The notes under the pieces: generated by a model | The model's database searches: none | Told to the model about the DNA's origin: nothing | What the model saw: only the letters and a program-made list of their open reading frames with translations | Part shown: positions 39,615-49,335 of the stretch, piece by piece | Layout: the number at the start of each line of letters is the position of its first letter | How positions within the stretch are numbered: the stretch's first letter is position 1 | Translations under genes and position numbers: made by a program | Virus record (IMG/VR): IMGVR_UViG_3300005838_000009 | Location: 3,818-67,817 of that record | DNA: 64,000 bases | From: a virus | Strand: one strand, 5' to 3'

Positions 39615-40244
39615 TTAAGGACCTCCATTATATGATATTCTCACTGAGGCTGGGGGTATTGTTGATGGTATACCTCTTAAATGATCTGCTGGTATTGTTC
39701 TATCTCGTTTATAAACCCTTACCTCCCCCTCTGGCATCATTCTGTCGATTACGACTGGAACACCATATAGTTCTGATCTATTAGGAGTAGGACCTGTTGT
39801 GTAGAAATTAATCATATATGAAGTATATAGACTCCTGTATGTTTTAGGTGACATTGTGAATTTTTTAGGATCTGCCCCTGTATTTCTTCTAAAGTTACTC
39901 ATTGTATCTCTAAGTGTTGAATCGCTTAATACATGTGTATATGTTTTATAATCTAATGATGGAACTTTAGTTTTAACTAGCCCCCGGCTCCAAGCTGGTT
40001 TACAGGCCACACATATTTGATTTACGCTTCCTTTACCGCATACTTGGCATTTATCTGGCCACATCTTTTGTTCATCTCTGTACTCTCTAGTATTTGGTAT
40101 CCCCCCTGTAGAGCCAAATATGACTGTAGTAATGCTTCTATGTTTTAATTGTGATTCTGTGTTTTTTCTGTAAATTTCCCCCACTAACTCGTAGTCATTG
40201 GTTCTATCTAGCCCTGTTTGGCATTTGGAAAAAAAATCCGTCAT
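39615..40244 (-). CDS. Zinc finger fused to an HK97 capsid A-domain-like fragment
   Basis: CQVC...CVAC, then PKKFTMSPKTYRSL...ELYGVPVVIDRMMPEGEV. Confidence 0.45.
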   Translation of the reverse strand: MTDFFSKCQTGLDRTNDYELVGEIYRKNTESQLKHRSITTVIFGSTGGIPNTREYRDEQKMWPDKCQVCGKGSVNQICVACKPAWSRGLVKTKVPSLDYKTYTHVLSDSTLRDTMSNFRRNTGADPKKFTMSPKTYRSLYTSYMINFYTTGPTPNRSELYGVPVVIDRMMPEGEVRVYKRDRTIPADHLRGIPSTIPPASVRISYNGGP

Positions 40245-40710
40245 TTAATTAACACCTCAGATTTTCCGCATAGCTCACAAATTGCCAACTTTTCCTGGTG
40301 TCCTTGGAATAAAATAGTTGCATTGCTATCGCAGAATTTACATTCTTTGAATTTCAAGAGGCATAGCCTCTGTAATTGTTATTACTCAATACTTACTATA
40401 CGGCATAAGGATATATAAATCTTTGTTAGTTTTTTTAATTTTTCAAAATTTTCCATGTGCACCGGCAGCATAAGTATGCTGTTCCTATACATTGTGAAAA
40501 TGTTTCTAGAGGGGGATCGTGCCTAGCCCTGCTATACAACGGTGTTTCTATGAGATAGGCTTATAAGGGGGTGTGCATAGGGTATTATGTAGCCCTGTTA
40601 GCCCTATGGTTAGGAACGAATGCACATACACCGTGTACAATAAGGGGTTATGGTAAGGGTATTAGGTGTGTTGCTAATAGAGGTCGTGCCTATGGCACTA
40701 GGTAAGCCCT

Positions 40711-40796
40711 GCCTAGCCACGCCTAGCCACGCCTAGCCACGCCTAGCCACGCCTAGCCACGCCTAGCCACGCCTAGCCACGCCTAGCCACGCCTAG
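40711..40796. repeat. Tandem repeat (GCCTAGCCAC) x8.6
   Basis: Eight perfect copies at 40711-40790 plus GCCTAG. Confidence 0.95.
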
Positions 40797-40886
40797 TAGG
40801 CGTAAATCGTGCCTGTCAGGCACAAAACCCCTATATGTGTATGGTATAAGACATATCATTAATTAGATAACATGGGGATCGGCAGA

Positions 40887-40907
40887 TTTAAATACCCCCA
40901 GCACGAA
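40887..40907 (+). promoter_or_regulatory. Dispersed motif copy TTTAAATACCCCCAGCACGAA
   Basis: Identical 21-mer at 42210-42230. Confidence 0.7.
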
Positions 40908-41071
40908 AGGTGGGTGTTCTTCTGCTTTGTTGTATTTGTACTGTTATATTATGTATAATATGTAATGATGTAGATAGAATGTATGTAATAGAAGCCCCCT
41001 TAGGTATTATGTATAATACCAAGAGAAGTGGTGTATATTCATACCATGTATTAAACAATGGGCAGACCGAA

Positions 41072-41095
41072 GGGTTTTTAACCCCTAGGCACGAA
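41072..41095 (+). promoter_or_regulatory. Dispersed motif variant GGGTTTTTAACCCCTAGGCACGAA
   Basis: Same GGG-TATA-CCCC-N-CACGAA architecture. Confidence 0.55.
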
Positions 41096-41196
41096 TGGTC
41101 ATTGTTCGCAAACACACAAATCCATGTTACATGTAAATGTAATATAAACAATTTGTGTCATGGACACCGTAGTTATGTGTATTCAATTACTATAAC

Positions 41197-41571
41197 ATGG
41201 AAATGTCCGAGGTAACATTCGCACATATTTTAGATACAAATGTATCTGACAGCAAACCAACTGTTAGCAATAACAGTAAATCTACTATAAAGCAAGGTAG
41301 TGTGGATTCTACATATGAGGTAAAATCAAGCATGAAAGACCTCAAAGCAAAGTATAGTGGCACAACTATTAAAGCAGTTGTAAAGAAAAAGACAGGTAAT
41401 TTAGTAGTAAAGAGTTGGATAGGCAAAACCCTTTATAAACATCTAGCAGGGTATTTCCAATACATACCAACTAGTCATACTAGGTTTGTAAAGGCAAAGA
41501 ATATAGGTGGATTCAAACAAATCCTCACAAAAGCAGGTATAACATTAGTAGTAATGGAGGAGAACTATTAA
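41197..41571 (+). CDS. Basic hypothetical protein, first gene of the plus-strand block
   Basis: 124-aa ORF; C-terminus weakly resembles that of 42349-42981. Confidence 0.65.
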   Translation: MEMSEVTFAHILDTNVSDSKPTVSNNSKSTIKQGSVDSTYEVKSSMKDLKAKYSGTTIKAVVKKKTGNLVVKSWIGKTLYKHLAGYFQYIPTSHTRFVKAKNIGGFKQILTKAGITLVVMEENY

Positions 41572-41943
41572 TGTCCCCTATAACAAAACTAGTTAATAGG
41601 GGTAGTGGGTTTTATAAACTCCGAACAGATAAAGGGTTATCATTTTGGCAAAATGTTAATAACCCTACTGATATAATTAGTGAGGCAGATTTCTAATGGA
41701 ATCAGCACCTATAATCATATATTCGATTGGTTTGTTTATGGGCTTACTAATAGGGGTTAGTTTATAATGAACAGCGACATCATGTTAGCATTTGATGAAA
41801 TAGAGGAGGCTATTATAAATGAAGATTGATGCGAACAACATCACTTGGATTCGCCTACCTAATGGTAAAGTAGAGTGGAATAACTATTCATGTTATGGCT
41901 CTACAACAGGTAAGATGTTCACATCAAGAGAGGGTGTATTAAT

Positions 41944-42186
41944 ATGACATTATTAATGAGTGTGAAATTAAGGGAATATACTTTCTCTTGTATAGATAGT
42001 GGATATGGTGGGAATATGGGATTGTATGAGGTATGTATTTTTAAGAAAAATCCTAATCATATATCAAGTGTATTAGGCGAAACATCAGTAGTAAAGGGTT
42101 GGTGTGATTGGTTAGAGGTAGAAGCCCTCTATAAAATATTTAAATCATGCCCACATACTAATTGGAGTAAATATGGATTCAGTTAG
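41944..42186 (+). CDS. Hypothetical protein
   Basis: GYGGNMGLYEV motif reminiscent of small phage proteins; SD-like GAGGGTG upstream. Confidence 0.55.
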   Translation: MTLLMSVKLREYTFSCIDSGYGGNMGLYEVCIFKKNPNHISSVLGETSVVKGWCDWLEVEALYKIFKSCPHTNWSKYGFS

Positions 42187-42199
42187 TATAAAATGGTCG

Positions 42200-42230
42200 A
42201 ATCGGTGGGTTTAAATACCCCCAGCACGAA
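42200..42230 (+). promoter_or_regulatory. Dispersed motif copy AATCGGTGGGTTTAAATACCCCCAGCACGAA
   Basis: Shares 21 bp with 40887 and 14 bp (AATCGGTGGGTTTA) with 45393. Confidence 0.7.
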
Positions 42231-42298
42231 TACTCGCTGAAATCCGATTCGATTCGGTTATTAATTGTATTTGTATTTAATATGAATATAATTATAAA

Positions 42299-42354
42299 TG
42301 TCATCTGATGAGTGTTAAAGACACGAAACAAATATGTATGTATTTGTAATGGCA
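42299..42354 (+). ncRNA. Type I hammerhead ribozyme
   Basis: Stem I UGUCAU/AUGGCA; core CUGAUGA (42305-42311); stem II GUGU-uaaag-ACAC; GAAA (42325-42328); stem III CAAAUAU/GUAUUUG; cleavage triplet GUA (42346-42348). Confidence 0.9.
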
Positions 42355-42981
42355 GAAAAGCGTCAAACAACTGCTTCTAAAGTGAAGGAGTTGGAATCAA
42401 CTGTCGAAGATATGCGAAATACCATGTCTAAGATTAACGATAGCACATTAGCCGTATTGGCTAAAATGGAAGAACTATCGCAAAATACCCCTGTTGCAAC
42501 AGCAACAGTACATACACCAGAAGTGTTGGCTCTTAATACGAGCAGTATGGATAGCAAGGTAATTGCTACAAACATTGAACAAGCACCTATCAAGACAAAA
42601 GGTTGTTTTGAGATATTAGATGCTTTAATTGAGCAGTTCCCAAACAAAGTAACTGTATCAGCACCTCATCTAAAGAAAGACGGGGTAACGTTGGGCAAAT
42701 CATACATATTGAATATGCCTAGAATTGACGAAGCATTTGTACTCGTCAATAAGAATGGAACTACTGTTGCACAACAGAAAACAGAAGCCAAAGGCTATTG
42801 GAAAGCAGTTGCTTTCAATGGATATACATTTACAGGAATGTATAGAAGCACAAGTGGTGGAGTTTTCACAACCTATATCAAGCAACAAAATGAAGCACCA
42901 TTCCTAGAATATCTTAAAAAGAAAGGTATTCATATCCCAGCAAAAGACGGGAACAAACCTGACGAGGCAGGTGAGGATTAA
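42349..42981 (+). CDS. Hypothetical protein (N-terminal coiled coil); start revised to the AUG at the hammerhead cleavage site
   Basis: MAEKRQTT...; the five extra codons in the ORF track lie in ribozyme stem III. Confidence 0.75.
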   Translation: MAEKRQTTASKVKELESTVEDMRNTMSKINDSTLAVLAKMEELSQNTPVATATVHTPEVLALNTSSMDSKVIATNIEQAPIKTKGCFEILDALIEQFPNKVTVSAPHLKKDGVTLGKSYILNMPRIDEAFVLVNKNGTTVAQQKTEAKGYWKAVAFNGYTFTGMYRSTSGGVFTTYIKQQNEAPFLEYLKKKGIHIPAKDGNKPDEAGED

Positions 42982-43000
42982 ATCCTCTTTTTTATTTAAC

Positions 43001-43453
43001 ATGTCTAATAAGAAAACAAAGTTTGTTGAGGGCAAAACAATAGGTGTTCATAACACCACTAATAAAATGCCTGAATTGACATCATACGAACATAGTCAAA
43101 TACCTAAAACACCACAAGATAGTAATAGGTATGAGGGTTTTGCTCTTTGTCCTAATGAGGATTTGAAAGAAATAGAATATGTTGAGAAGAAACACTCACG
43201 TACTATTAGAGGGTTAGATAAACTAACCAAACAAATGCTCAAAGATGATGTATTATATGGCAAAAACACCCTAGTTACACAATCTATGGTTAAGCCTGAA
43301 CTAAAAGGAACAGGTTGTGATGAGAGTGATCCTAATAATAGGGTATTTTGGACATCATGTTTCAAAGGAATACAATGGGCTAGGTTGCAGTATATATGTG
43401 AGTTGTGGGGTGTTAAATTGGTAGAAGCCCCTCCTTATGAGGCTGGTAACTGA
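43001..43453 (+). CDS. Hypothetical protein (start revised to MSNKK)
   Basis: ORF track 42971-43453; ATG at 43001. Confidence 0.6.
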   Translation: MSNKKTKFVEGKTIGVHNTTNKMPELTSYEHSQIPKTPQDSNRYEGFALCPNEDLKEIEYVEKKHSRTIRGLDKLTKQMLKDDVLYGKNTLVTQSMVKPELKGTGCDESDPNNRVFWTSCFKGIQWARLQYICELWGVKLVEAPPYEAGN

Positions 43454-44560
43454 TGGTATTCTGTTGGTTATTAATACTCATTAGTCTTGTTGTTGCCGTT
43501 GTGTTTGGTTGGGATTTCATGGTTAGTGGTTGGGAATATGTATTTGAAACAACCATTAGGTTAGTTGAAGCAATCATCACAAGAATAGAGGTGTCGCCAT
43601 AATGGGATATACTGACGCTGAGGTGTGTAAGATTATAGAAGAACATAGATTAGATCCCATAATGAATGAACAAGATTCAGCACTAGAGTTAATGGAATTA
43701 GGCATACCTATTGACCAAATTAGAGAGTGTATTCATAAAATGTTAGCATGGAAATCAAATACAACAGGGGATAATAGTGATTTAAAATGATATTTGAAAT
43801 AATAAAAATATCACTACTATGTTTTATTGCTGGTGCATTATGGGAGATTAGCAGTAAAATTGGCTAATACACCTAAACAATTTGTTGATTGTGTTAAATG
43901 TCCTAATAAATCAGCACATACTATTACACAAATAGATATGAGTAGTATTAAACAGGCTAGTAAATATGGTGGATTCCCAATTTGTGCCTCTTGTTATAAG
44001 GTTGAGAATACATGACTAAGAATGAATGTTTTTGTGTTAATTTAATTATATTTGGCACATATTGTCTTGGTATGTATTTTGGGAAGTATTTATTATGAGT
44101 ATGTTCTTTGATTACTTTTTTTGTGGTGTTATGAGGGAAACTGCTTATTATGATATAAATGCCCTCGTTTATTATTTAAATAACTGTTGGGTGGGCATGA
44201 TAGCATGATCAATCAAACTTGTAGAGAGTATTGTTACAATGTGCTTGAAATACCTAACGACCAACCTATATTAGATGAGATTAAATGGATATTAGGAGTG
44301 ATTAAACTTGGTAGATGATAGTAGATCATTGTTAAATATTACCCTTGAATTAAATAATATATCAAGAATACATAGTAATGATAGATTTGTTATTGCTAAG
44401 GTTAAAGAGATAGCATTATCATTGAAAGAATTAACTATACATTGTAGGGATAAATATTGAACAATAAATATACATGTAATTGTGGTAAAATATACTACCA
44501 ATTAAATCATTTAGTTAAATGCCTCGTTAAACATGGTCTAATTAAACAGGAAATGGTAAA

Positions 44561-44767
44561 ATGAGAATAACAGATTTAGATGATATAAGAGTGGGTGATA
44601 CTGTCATAAATCTTGGTTGTAATAATCTTCGTATAGGTGGAAGATATAAGATAATTGAAGTTATTGAAAATGATATTTTATTAGATACACATGGTGATGA
44701 GCCTAATATGACAGGTACATGGTGGGTAAACAAAGTGTTAGTTGATATATTTGGGGATAGGATTTGA
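44561..44767 (+). CDS. Small SH3/KOW-like protein
   Basis: IRVGDTVI motif. Confidence 0.45.
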   Translation: MRITDLDDIRVGDTVINLGCNNLRIGGRYKIIEVIENDILLDTHGDEPNMTGTWWVNKVLVDIFGDRI

Positions 44768-45024
44768 AAGAAATAGAATTAATGGATTGTGAGGTAGGTG
44801 ATACTATTATTATTGATAAGGGTATTAATCAACATATTAGAGAGGGTATGAGGTTTAGAGTATTAGAAACTGATTTAGAATATCATGATGATGATGGTAG
44901 TGAGGTAGAAGTGTTATGTTTTAGAATAACTGAAAAAGATGAGAAAGGTGTTGCTAGTTGGTTAGATGATAGTGACTATGATAGAGTTACTTGTTTTTGT
45001 GAGGTTATAGTTAAACATGAATAA
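44764..45024 (+). CDS. Small SH3/KOW-like protein
   Basis: CEVGDTII motif; tandem with the previous ORF. Confidence 0.45.
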   Translation: MKEIELMDCEVGDTIIIDKGINQHIREGMRFRVLETDLEYHDDDGSEVEVLCFRITEKDEKGVASWLDDSDYDRVTCFCEVIVKHE

Positions 45025-45077
45025 AACATTTACATTTAGAGGCAAGAAGTTTAGAAGAAATGGGTGGAAATTAGAAT

Positions 45078-45374
45078 ATGTATAATAAATGTATTAAATG
45101 TGGTACTAATTGTGTTGATAGTTATTGTCCCCCATGTAAAATGGTTATGACACTATTAAAAATGTATCCATTAGAGACATATGATAATCTTGCTAAAACA
45201 ATACAGGGTTATTATGGTAGTATGTCTTTTGTTAGAATAGATGATGAAACAGAATTATTATTAATAGCAATACCATTAGGTGAAGTTCCTTCAAAAGATG
45301 TAAAAAATAAAATGCGTAATTTAAGTAAATCACCTTTTAATGAGGAAATAGAAGAAATATTAAAAAAAATATGA
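45078..45374 (+). CDS. Zinc-finger protein
   Basis: CIKC...CPPC. Confidence 0.5.
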   Translation: MYNKCIKCGTNCVDSYCPPCKMVMTLLKMYPLETYDNLAKTIQGYYGSMSFVRIDDETELLLIAIPLGEVPSKDVKNKMRNLSKSPFNEEIEEILKKI

Positions 45375-45392
45375 TAAATATATCATAACTTT

Positions 45393-45423
45393 AATCGGTG
45401 GGTTTATAACCCCCGTTCACGAA
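45393..45423 (+). promoter_or_regulatory. Dispersed motif variant AATCGGTGGGTTTATAACCCCCGTTCACGAA
   Basis: Intergenic; matches the 42200 copy. Confidence 0.65.
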
Positions 45424-45755
45424 ATAACCCCAGCGAAAAATCGAAATTCGAGAATTTAATAAAATAAATAAATTAAATAATAATAATAAAATGGATATAT
45501 TAAAATGTGGAAGCCCATTAGGTGAATATGAAATTCATTGTAATGAGAAACAAATGAAGAAAATAAAATTAATGTTTGAAGCAGAAATGGATAACAATAG
45601 AACAGATAGGTTTAGAGAATTATGAAATATAAAAAAATAGAATTACTAGCATTAAAAATACAATGGCTATCAAGAGATATAATTAATAATAAAGGCAGTA
45701 GTGAATGTGTTGATGAAACTATTGACGCTTGTAAAGAACTATTAAAGGAATTAAA

Positions 45756-46031
45756 ATGAATATAAAAAGAAATATACATTCAGGTTATAAAGAATGGCAA
45801 AACATACCTGATGAATTAAAAACAGATTTCATGAAGAAATCAATATTTGGTAAATATCAATACATATGTACTAGTAAGAAAGGAACAATTAGTATAGTTA
45901 GTTTTAATAATAGAATAACTAATGATGATTGGAAATGGGAAATATATAGTTATGAGAAACTATTTGATGATGTTGAAAGATTTAATACATTGGAACAGGC
46001 TAAAGCAAAAGCAAGGAGTTATTTAGATTGA
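45756..46031 (+). CDS. Hypothetical protein (paralog of 59812-60051)
   Basis: KYQYI...ISIV...WEIY...LFDDVERF. Confidence 0.65.
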   Translation: MNIKRNIHSGYKEWQNIPDELKTDFMKKSIFGKYQYICTSKKGTISIVSFNNRITNDDWKWEIYSYEKLFDDVERFNTLEQAKAKARSYLD

Positions 46032-46411
46032 CTAAATTTAAGAAAGGTGAAAGACATAGGTGTAAAGACTGTTGCAAAGAGGAAGATGATGAAGATACTA
46101 AAGAGTAATTCATTTGTAACATTAGAATATGATAGAAATGAAATAATAAAAGCATTTAAACTAAAAGGTATTGTAACTAATATAAGAGTTGAAGACAATA
46201 AATTGATAGTAGATTTACAATCATGAAACACACATATAAAGCATTCACAGATATGCAAGAATCAATGCAAGAAATGTTCCAAATGGGCATGACTATGTAT
46301 TACAAGACTTGGGTACAACCGTTTTTTAAGGCATGGTGTAAAGATACAACATGATAGTACAAGGTCAAATGAGTGATGGGGGATATAGTCCTGTTGAAAT
46401 CACCATAGTAG

Positions 46412-46762
46412 ATGAGGTTGAAGAAAATGAGTAAAATTAGCCAAGAGAAATTTACTAAAGGAGGCGAAATAGTCTTAAGATTCTTAGATGAGGGGAAATC
46501 TAAAGGTAAAGAGTTAAGGGCTTCTGACGCATATGACCTATTAGAATCAAAGGGTTATAGTGAAGATGAAGTGTTAGAGGTTGTTAATGGTGTAATTGCC
46601 TTCCTTAAACACATAAAGAATGACCATAGTATGTGTCATGACGGTTGTGAAAGAGCAGATAGAAAATGTGATGATGATAGTTGCAAATGTAATGAAAAGA
46701 AACATGATAGACCTAAAGAAATATGCACATATACTGATGACGAGTTAGAGGACATGAAATGA
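46412..46762 (+). CDS. Hypothetical protein with Cys-rich C-terminus
   Basis: ORF track; ends YTDDELEDMK. Confidence 0.55.
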   Translation: MRLKKMSKISQEKFTKGGEIVLRFLDEGKSKGKELRASDAYDLLESKGYSEDEVLEVVNGVIAFLKHIKNDHSMCHDGCERADRKCDDDSCKCNEKKHDRPKEICTYTDDELEDMK

Positions 46763-47100
46763 AAGAAAAACAAGAATGCAAAATTTGTAAGCGTGATATG
46801 ACACCAAATCTATGCGAAACACATAAAAACGCAAAAGAAAAGTGTTATTATTGTCATCTACTAAAAGAGCACGTTGATGAGTTCAAACCTGAAGAAGATA
46901 AAACACCTACTGCACCTAAGAAAGATAAACCAATAAAAGAAGACAAATTAACTAAAATGAAAGACAAAGTAAATGACGCAGTTGATAAATCAAAATCTAA
47001 AACTGATAGACCTGAATTAGAATCAGAATCACCTAAAGATTCAAAGAATGAGTATGGTTTCAGTAGACATGATAAAGATGATAGGGGGTTGTACTCATGA
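46759..47100 (+). CDS. Zinc-finger plus charged-tail protein
   Basis: CKIC...C..H...CYYCH; ATGA overlap. Confidence 0.55.
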   Translation: MKEKQECKICKRDMTPNLCETHKNAKEKCYYCHLLKEHVDEFKPEEDKTPTAPKKDKPIKEDKLTKMKDKVNDAVDKSKSKTDRPELESESPKDSKNEYGFSRHDKDDRGLYS

Positions 47101-47424
47101 CAAGTTGGGCTTGTGAAAAGAGAGGAAATCTAATCAATCAGATATTTCCTAACACACCTGTAAATGATACAAACCTAATAGATAATGAGAATGGTTATAT
47201 TATGAATACACCAGAACAACAACAAAAGGCTATTGATATCAGAAATAAGATATGGGATGCTGTAAAGAGGGGAAGAAAATGACAGATGAAGATAAAATAA
47301 GGATTGCATTAGAGAACTCATATGATAAAGGTACTATACTTATAATTGATATGATACAAAGAAGTGATGATTTAGAAGAATTAAAAGACCTTACAAAATC
47401 ATTAAAGGATAAGTTGGAATCAAA

Positions 47425-47652
47425 ATGAAAGTAGATACAGATGATCCACGATATAGAGATAAATTAAAGATAACTCTCGGTCTATCTTATGATCAGGGTG
47501 CTATTAGTGTTATTGATATGATTATGGAAAGAAGTGCTAAGGGTGTCCCCGTTAAAGATATAATGGAAGAATTTTTAGCATTAAAACACAAACTAGAATT
47601 AGACGCTAATAAAGTAGGGTTTGATAGGAGAAAGTATGATGAAAGATTATGA
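47425..47652 (+). CDS. Hypothetical protein (tandem paralog of unannotated 47279-47428)
   Basis: SYDQGAISVIDMI vs SYDKGTILIIDMI. Confidence 0.55.
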   Translation: MKVDTDDPRYRDKLKITLGLSYDQGAISVIDMIMERSAKGVPVKDIMEEFLALKHKLELDANKVGFDRRKYDERL

Positions 47653-47817
47653 TGTAGCAATGTATGTTGCGAATGGGTATTCTTCAAACATACACCCTGA
47701 TGAGATATTTGAGGATTTAGTAAAATTTGGTGTAGATGAAGAACAATATATTAGAGTGCATAAAGTATTAGACAAAAAATGGGCGAAAGATATAGAAATG
47801 ACAAAAGAGGATTTTAA

Positions 47818-48489
47818 ATGAACAAAGATAAAGTAGTTGCCTGTGCTAATGAGGTACAGAATCATATGTTCAGAGGCTTAGATGCAGACGAATCTAGGGA
47901 AATACTTGAGAAATCATTTGACAAAGACACTATAATGATGGCTATGGAAATGATTAAACAGGCAAGAATACATGATGACAGTCCTTATAAGCAGGTGTCA
48001 GAAATTATCACTCGTTGCATGGGTGAGTTGGGAAAGCAAGAAGAAGACATAGTTGATGTGGATTCATTCTATAAACTTGCTGAAAAGGCTTACAAAGTGT
48101 TTATGAATGATAAAGAAGGTAGGGCTATACCTGTTGTCTTTATGTATATTAAAGGCAATAAGAAACTTGGTGTATGTCCTATAACTGAGGGTGATCCTAA
48201 CAAAAGTCCAATGGATTATCTAAAACAAGTAGTATATACTGCAAAACCAGATGCTTATTGTTTCTGTGCTGAGGCTAGTATGTCTAAAGATTTGGAAAAG
48301 AGTCAATATAAGTATGGTGACATACAAAATGATCCTGATTCAGTAGATGTAATGGTGATGACAGGTAATGAAAAGAATGGTAATTCCCCCTTTAATAAAG
48401 GATTTGAATTGGTCGGTAAAGAAGGCAAATTGAAATTCAAAGAGATTAAAGATTATGGGGAAAATATGGAGAGTGATAAAACACCTTGA
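47818..48489 (+). CDS. Hypothetical protein
   Basis: 223-aa ORF; PDAYCFCAEA motif. Confidence 0.65.
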   Translation: MNKDKVVACANEVQNHMFRGLDADESREILEKSFDKDTIMMAMEMIKQARIHDDSPYKQVSEIITRCMGELGKQEEDIVDVDSFYKLAEKAYKVFMNDKEGRAIPVVFMYIKGNKKLGVCPITEGDPNKSPMDYLKQVVYTAKPDAYCFCAEASMSKDLEKSQYKYGDIQNDPDSVDVMVMTGNEKNGNSPFNKGFELVGKEGKLKFKEIKDYGENMESDKTP

Positions 48490-48792
48490 CCTTTTCAGAT
48501 GATTTCTACAAAGTAGGAGAGATTGATCATGATTATGGTTCTTGTGGAACTTGTGGACATTCAATACTACACCATAAATTTAGTGGGTTTGGAACTTGGT
48601 TTATCAACCTATTTAGAGGTGGATATAAGAAAAATGCAGGATATTGTAAAGCACCAAACTGTAAATGTAAAAAGGGGTGGACACCATAATAGAACATGAT
48701 ATAGCAATCACAAGTATCATATTGATGATGATATATTCTGATATAGCCATGCACTTTAGATTGAATGGAACTATCAAAGGTTATCTATCTAG

Positions 48793-49170
48793 TTGGAAGA
48801 AAGACCTAAAGAGGTTAGTATCATGAAAATTAGAGATTTGAAAAACATGATGAAAGATATTAAATTCATCAATGAAGCAACAGTAAAACTAGAATACCAT
48901 AAAGAAAATACATTGTCTGATGATAGAAAGAAACTACATAGAGATATATTGTTACCAAAGTTAAATGAAACAATGGAAGGTATGAATGATATTGTAGAAG
49001 AAATGTGTGTTAATCTACCAGAAGATATGGAACTACCTAGTGATCCTCAACTAGAGGCTATGATTGAAACAACAAAGGTATATAAAGCAAAGTGTATTGA
49101 GTTGTTAAAACATGTAGATGGACAGAAAAAAATGGAATATAGTGATGACGAATTGGAGAGATTAAAATGA
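48793..49170 (+). CDS. Helical hypothetical protein
   Basis: ORF track; ends YSDDELERLK. Confidence 0.55.
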   Translation: MEERPKEVSIMKIRDLKNMMKDIKFINEATVKLEYHKENTLSDDRKKLHRDILLPKLNETMEGMNDIVEEMCVNLPEDMELPSDPQLEAMIETTKVYKAKCIELLKHVDGQKKMEYSDDELERLK

Positions 49171-49335
49171 TCGAATCAATCATATTTTGGTGGGCAATCG
49201 TTATAGTAATACTGAATACCATAGTAATACTATTACCTGATAGATTGTTATTACCGAAAAATCCAAAAGCATATAGATACAGGATTAGTGCGTTAGGTTC
49301 AATAATCTATTCGTCATTGGTACTGATGTATATAT

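Larger units (their letters stand above)
40420..41190. other. Non-coding strand-switch region; candidate replication origin or genome terminus
   Basis: Genes diverge from here; tandem repeat, TCGTGCC repeats and palindromes; no credible ORF. Confidence 0.5.

Noticed and set aside
40711-40796. Tandem repeat as a CRISPR array
   Set aside because: The 10-bp units are contiguous with no spacers. The Cas4-like gene is a solo nuclease with no other cas genes visible.
41101-41210. Possible second ribozyme upstream of ORF 41197
   Set aside because: Several complementary segments exist (TCCATGTTA/TAACATGGA, ACACAAAT/ATTTGTGT, GGACA/TGTCC), but no hammerhead, twister or pistol core could be matched.
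40888-41215. ORFs 40888-41151 (-) and 40910-41215 (+)
   Set aside because: Atypical composition, and they overlap regulatory motifs in the strand-switch region; probably non-coding.
41660-41790. Hatchet-ribozyme-like words (TACTGATA...AGTGA, GGGCTTA)
   Set aside because: The spacing is wrong and the conserved 3' elements are missing.
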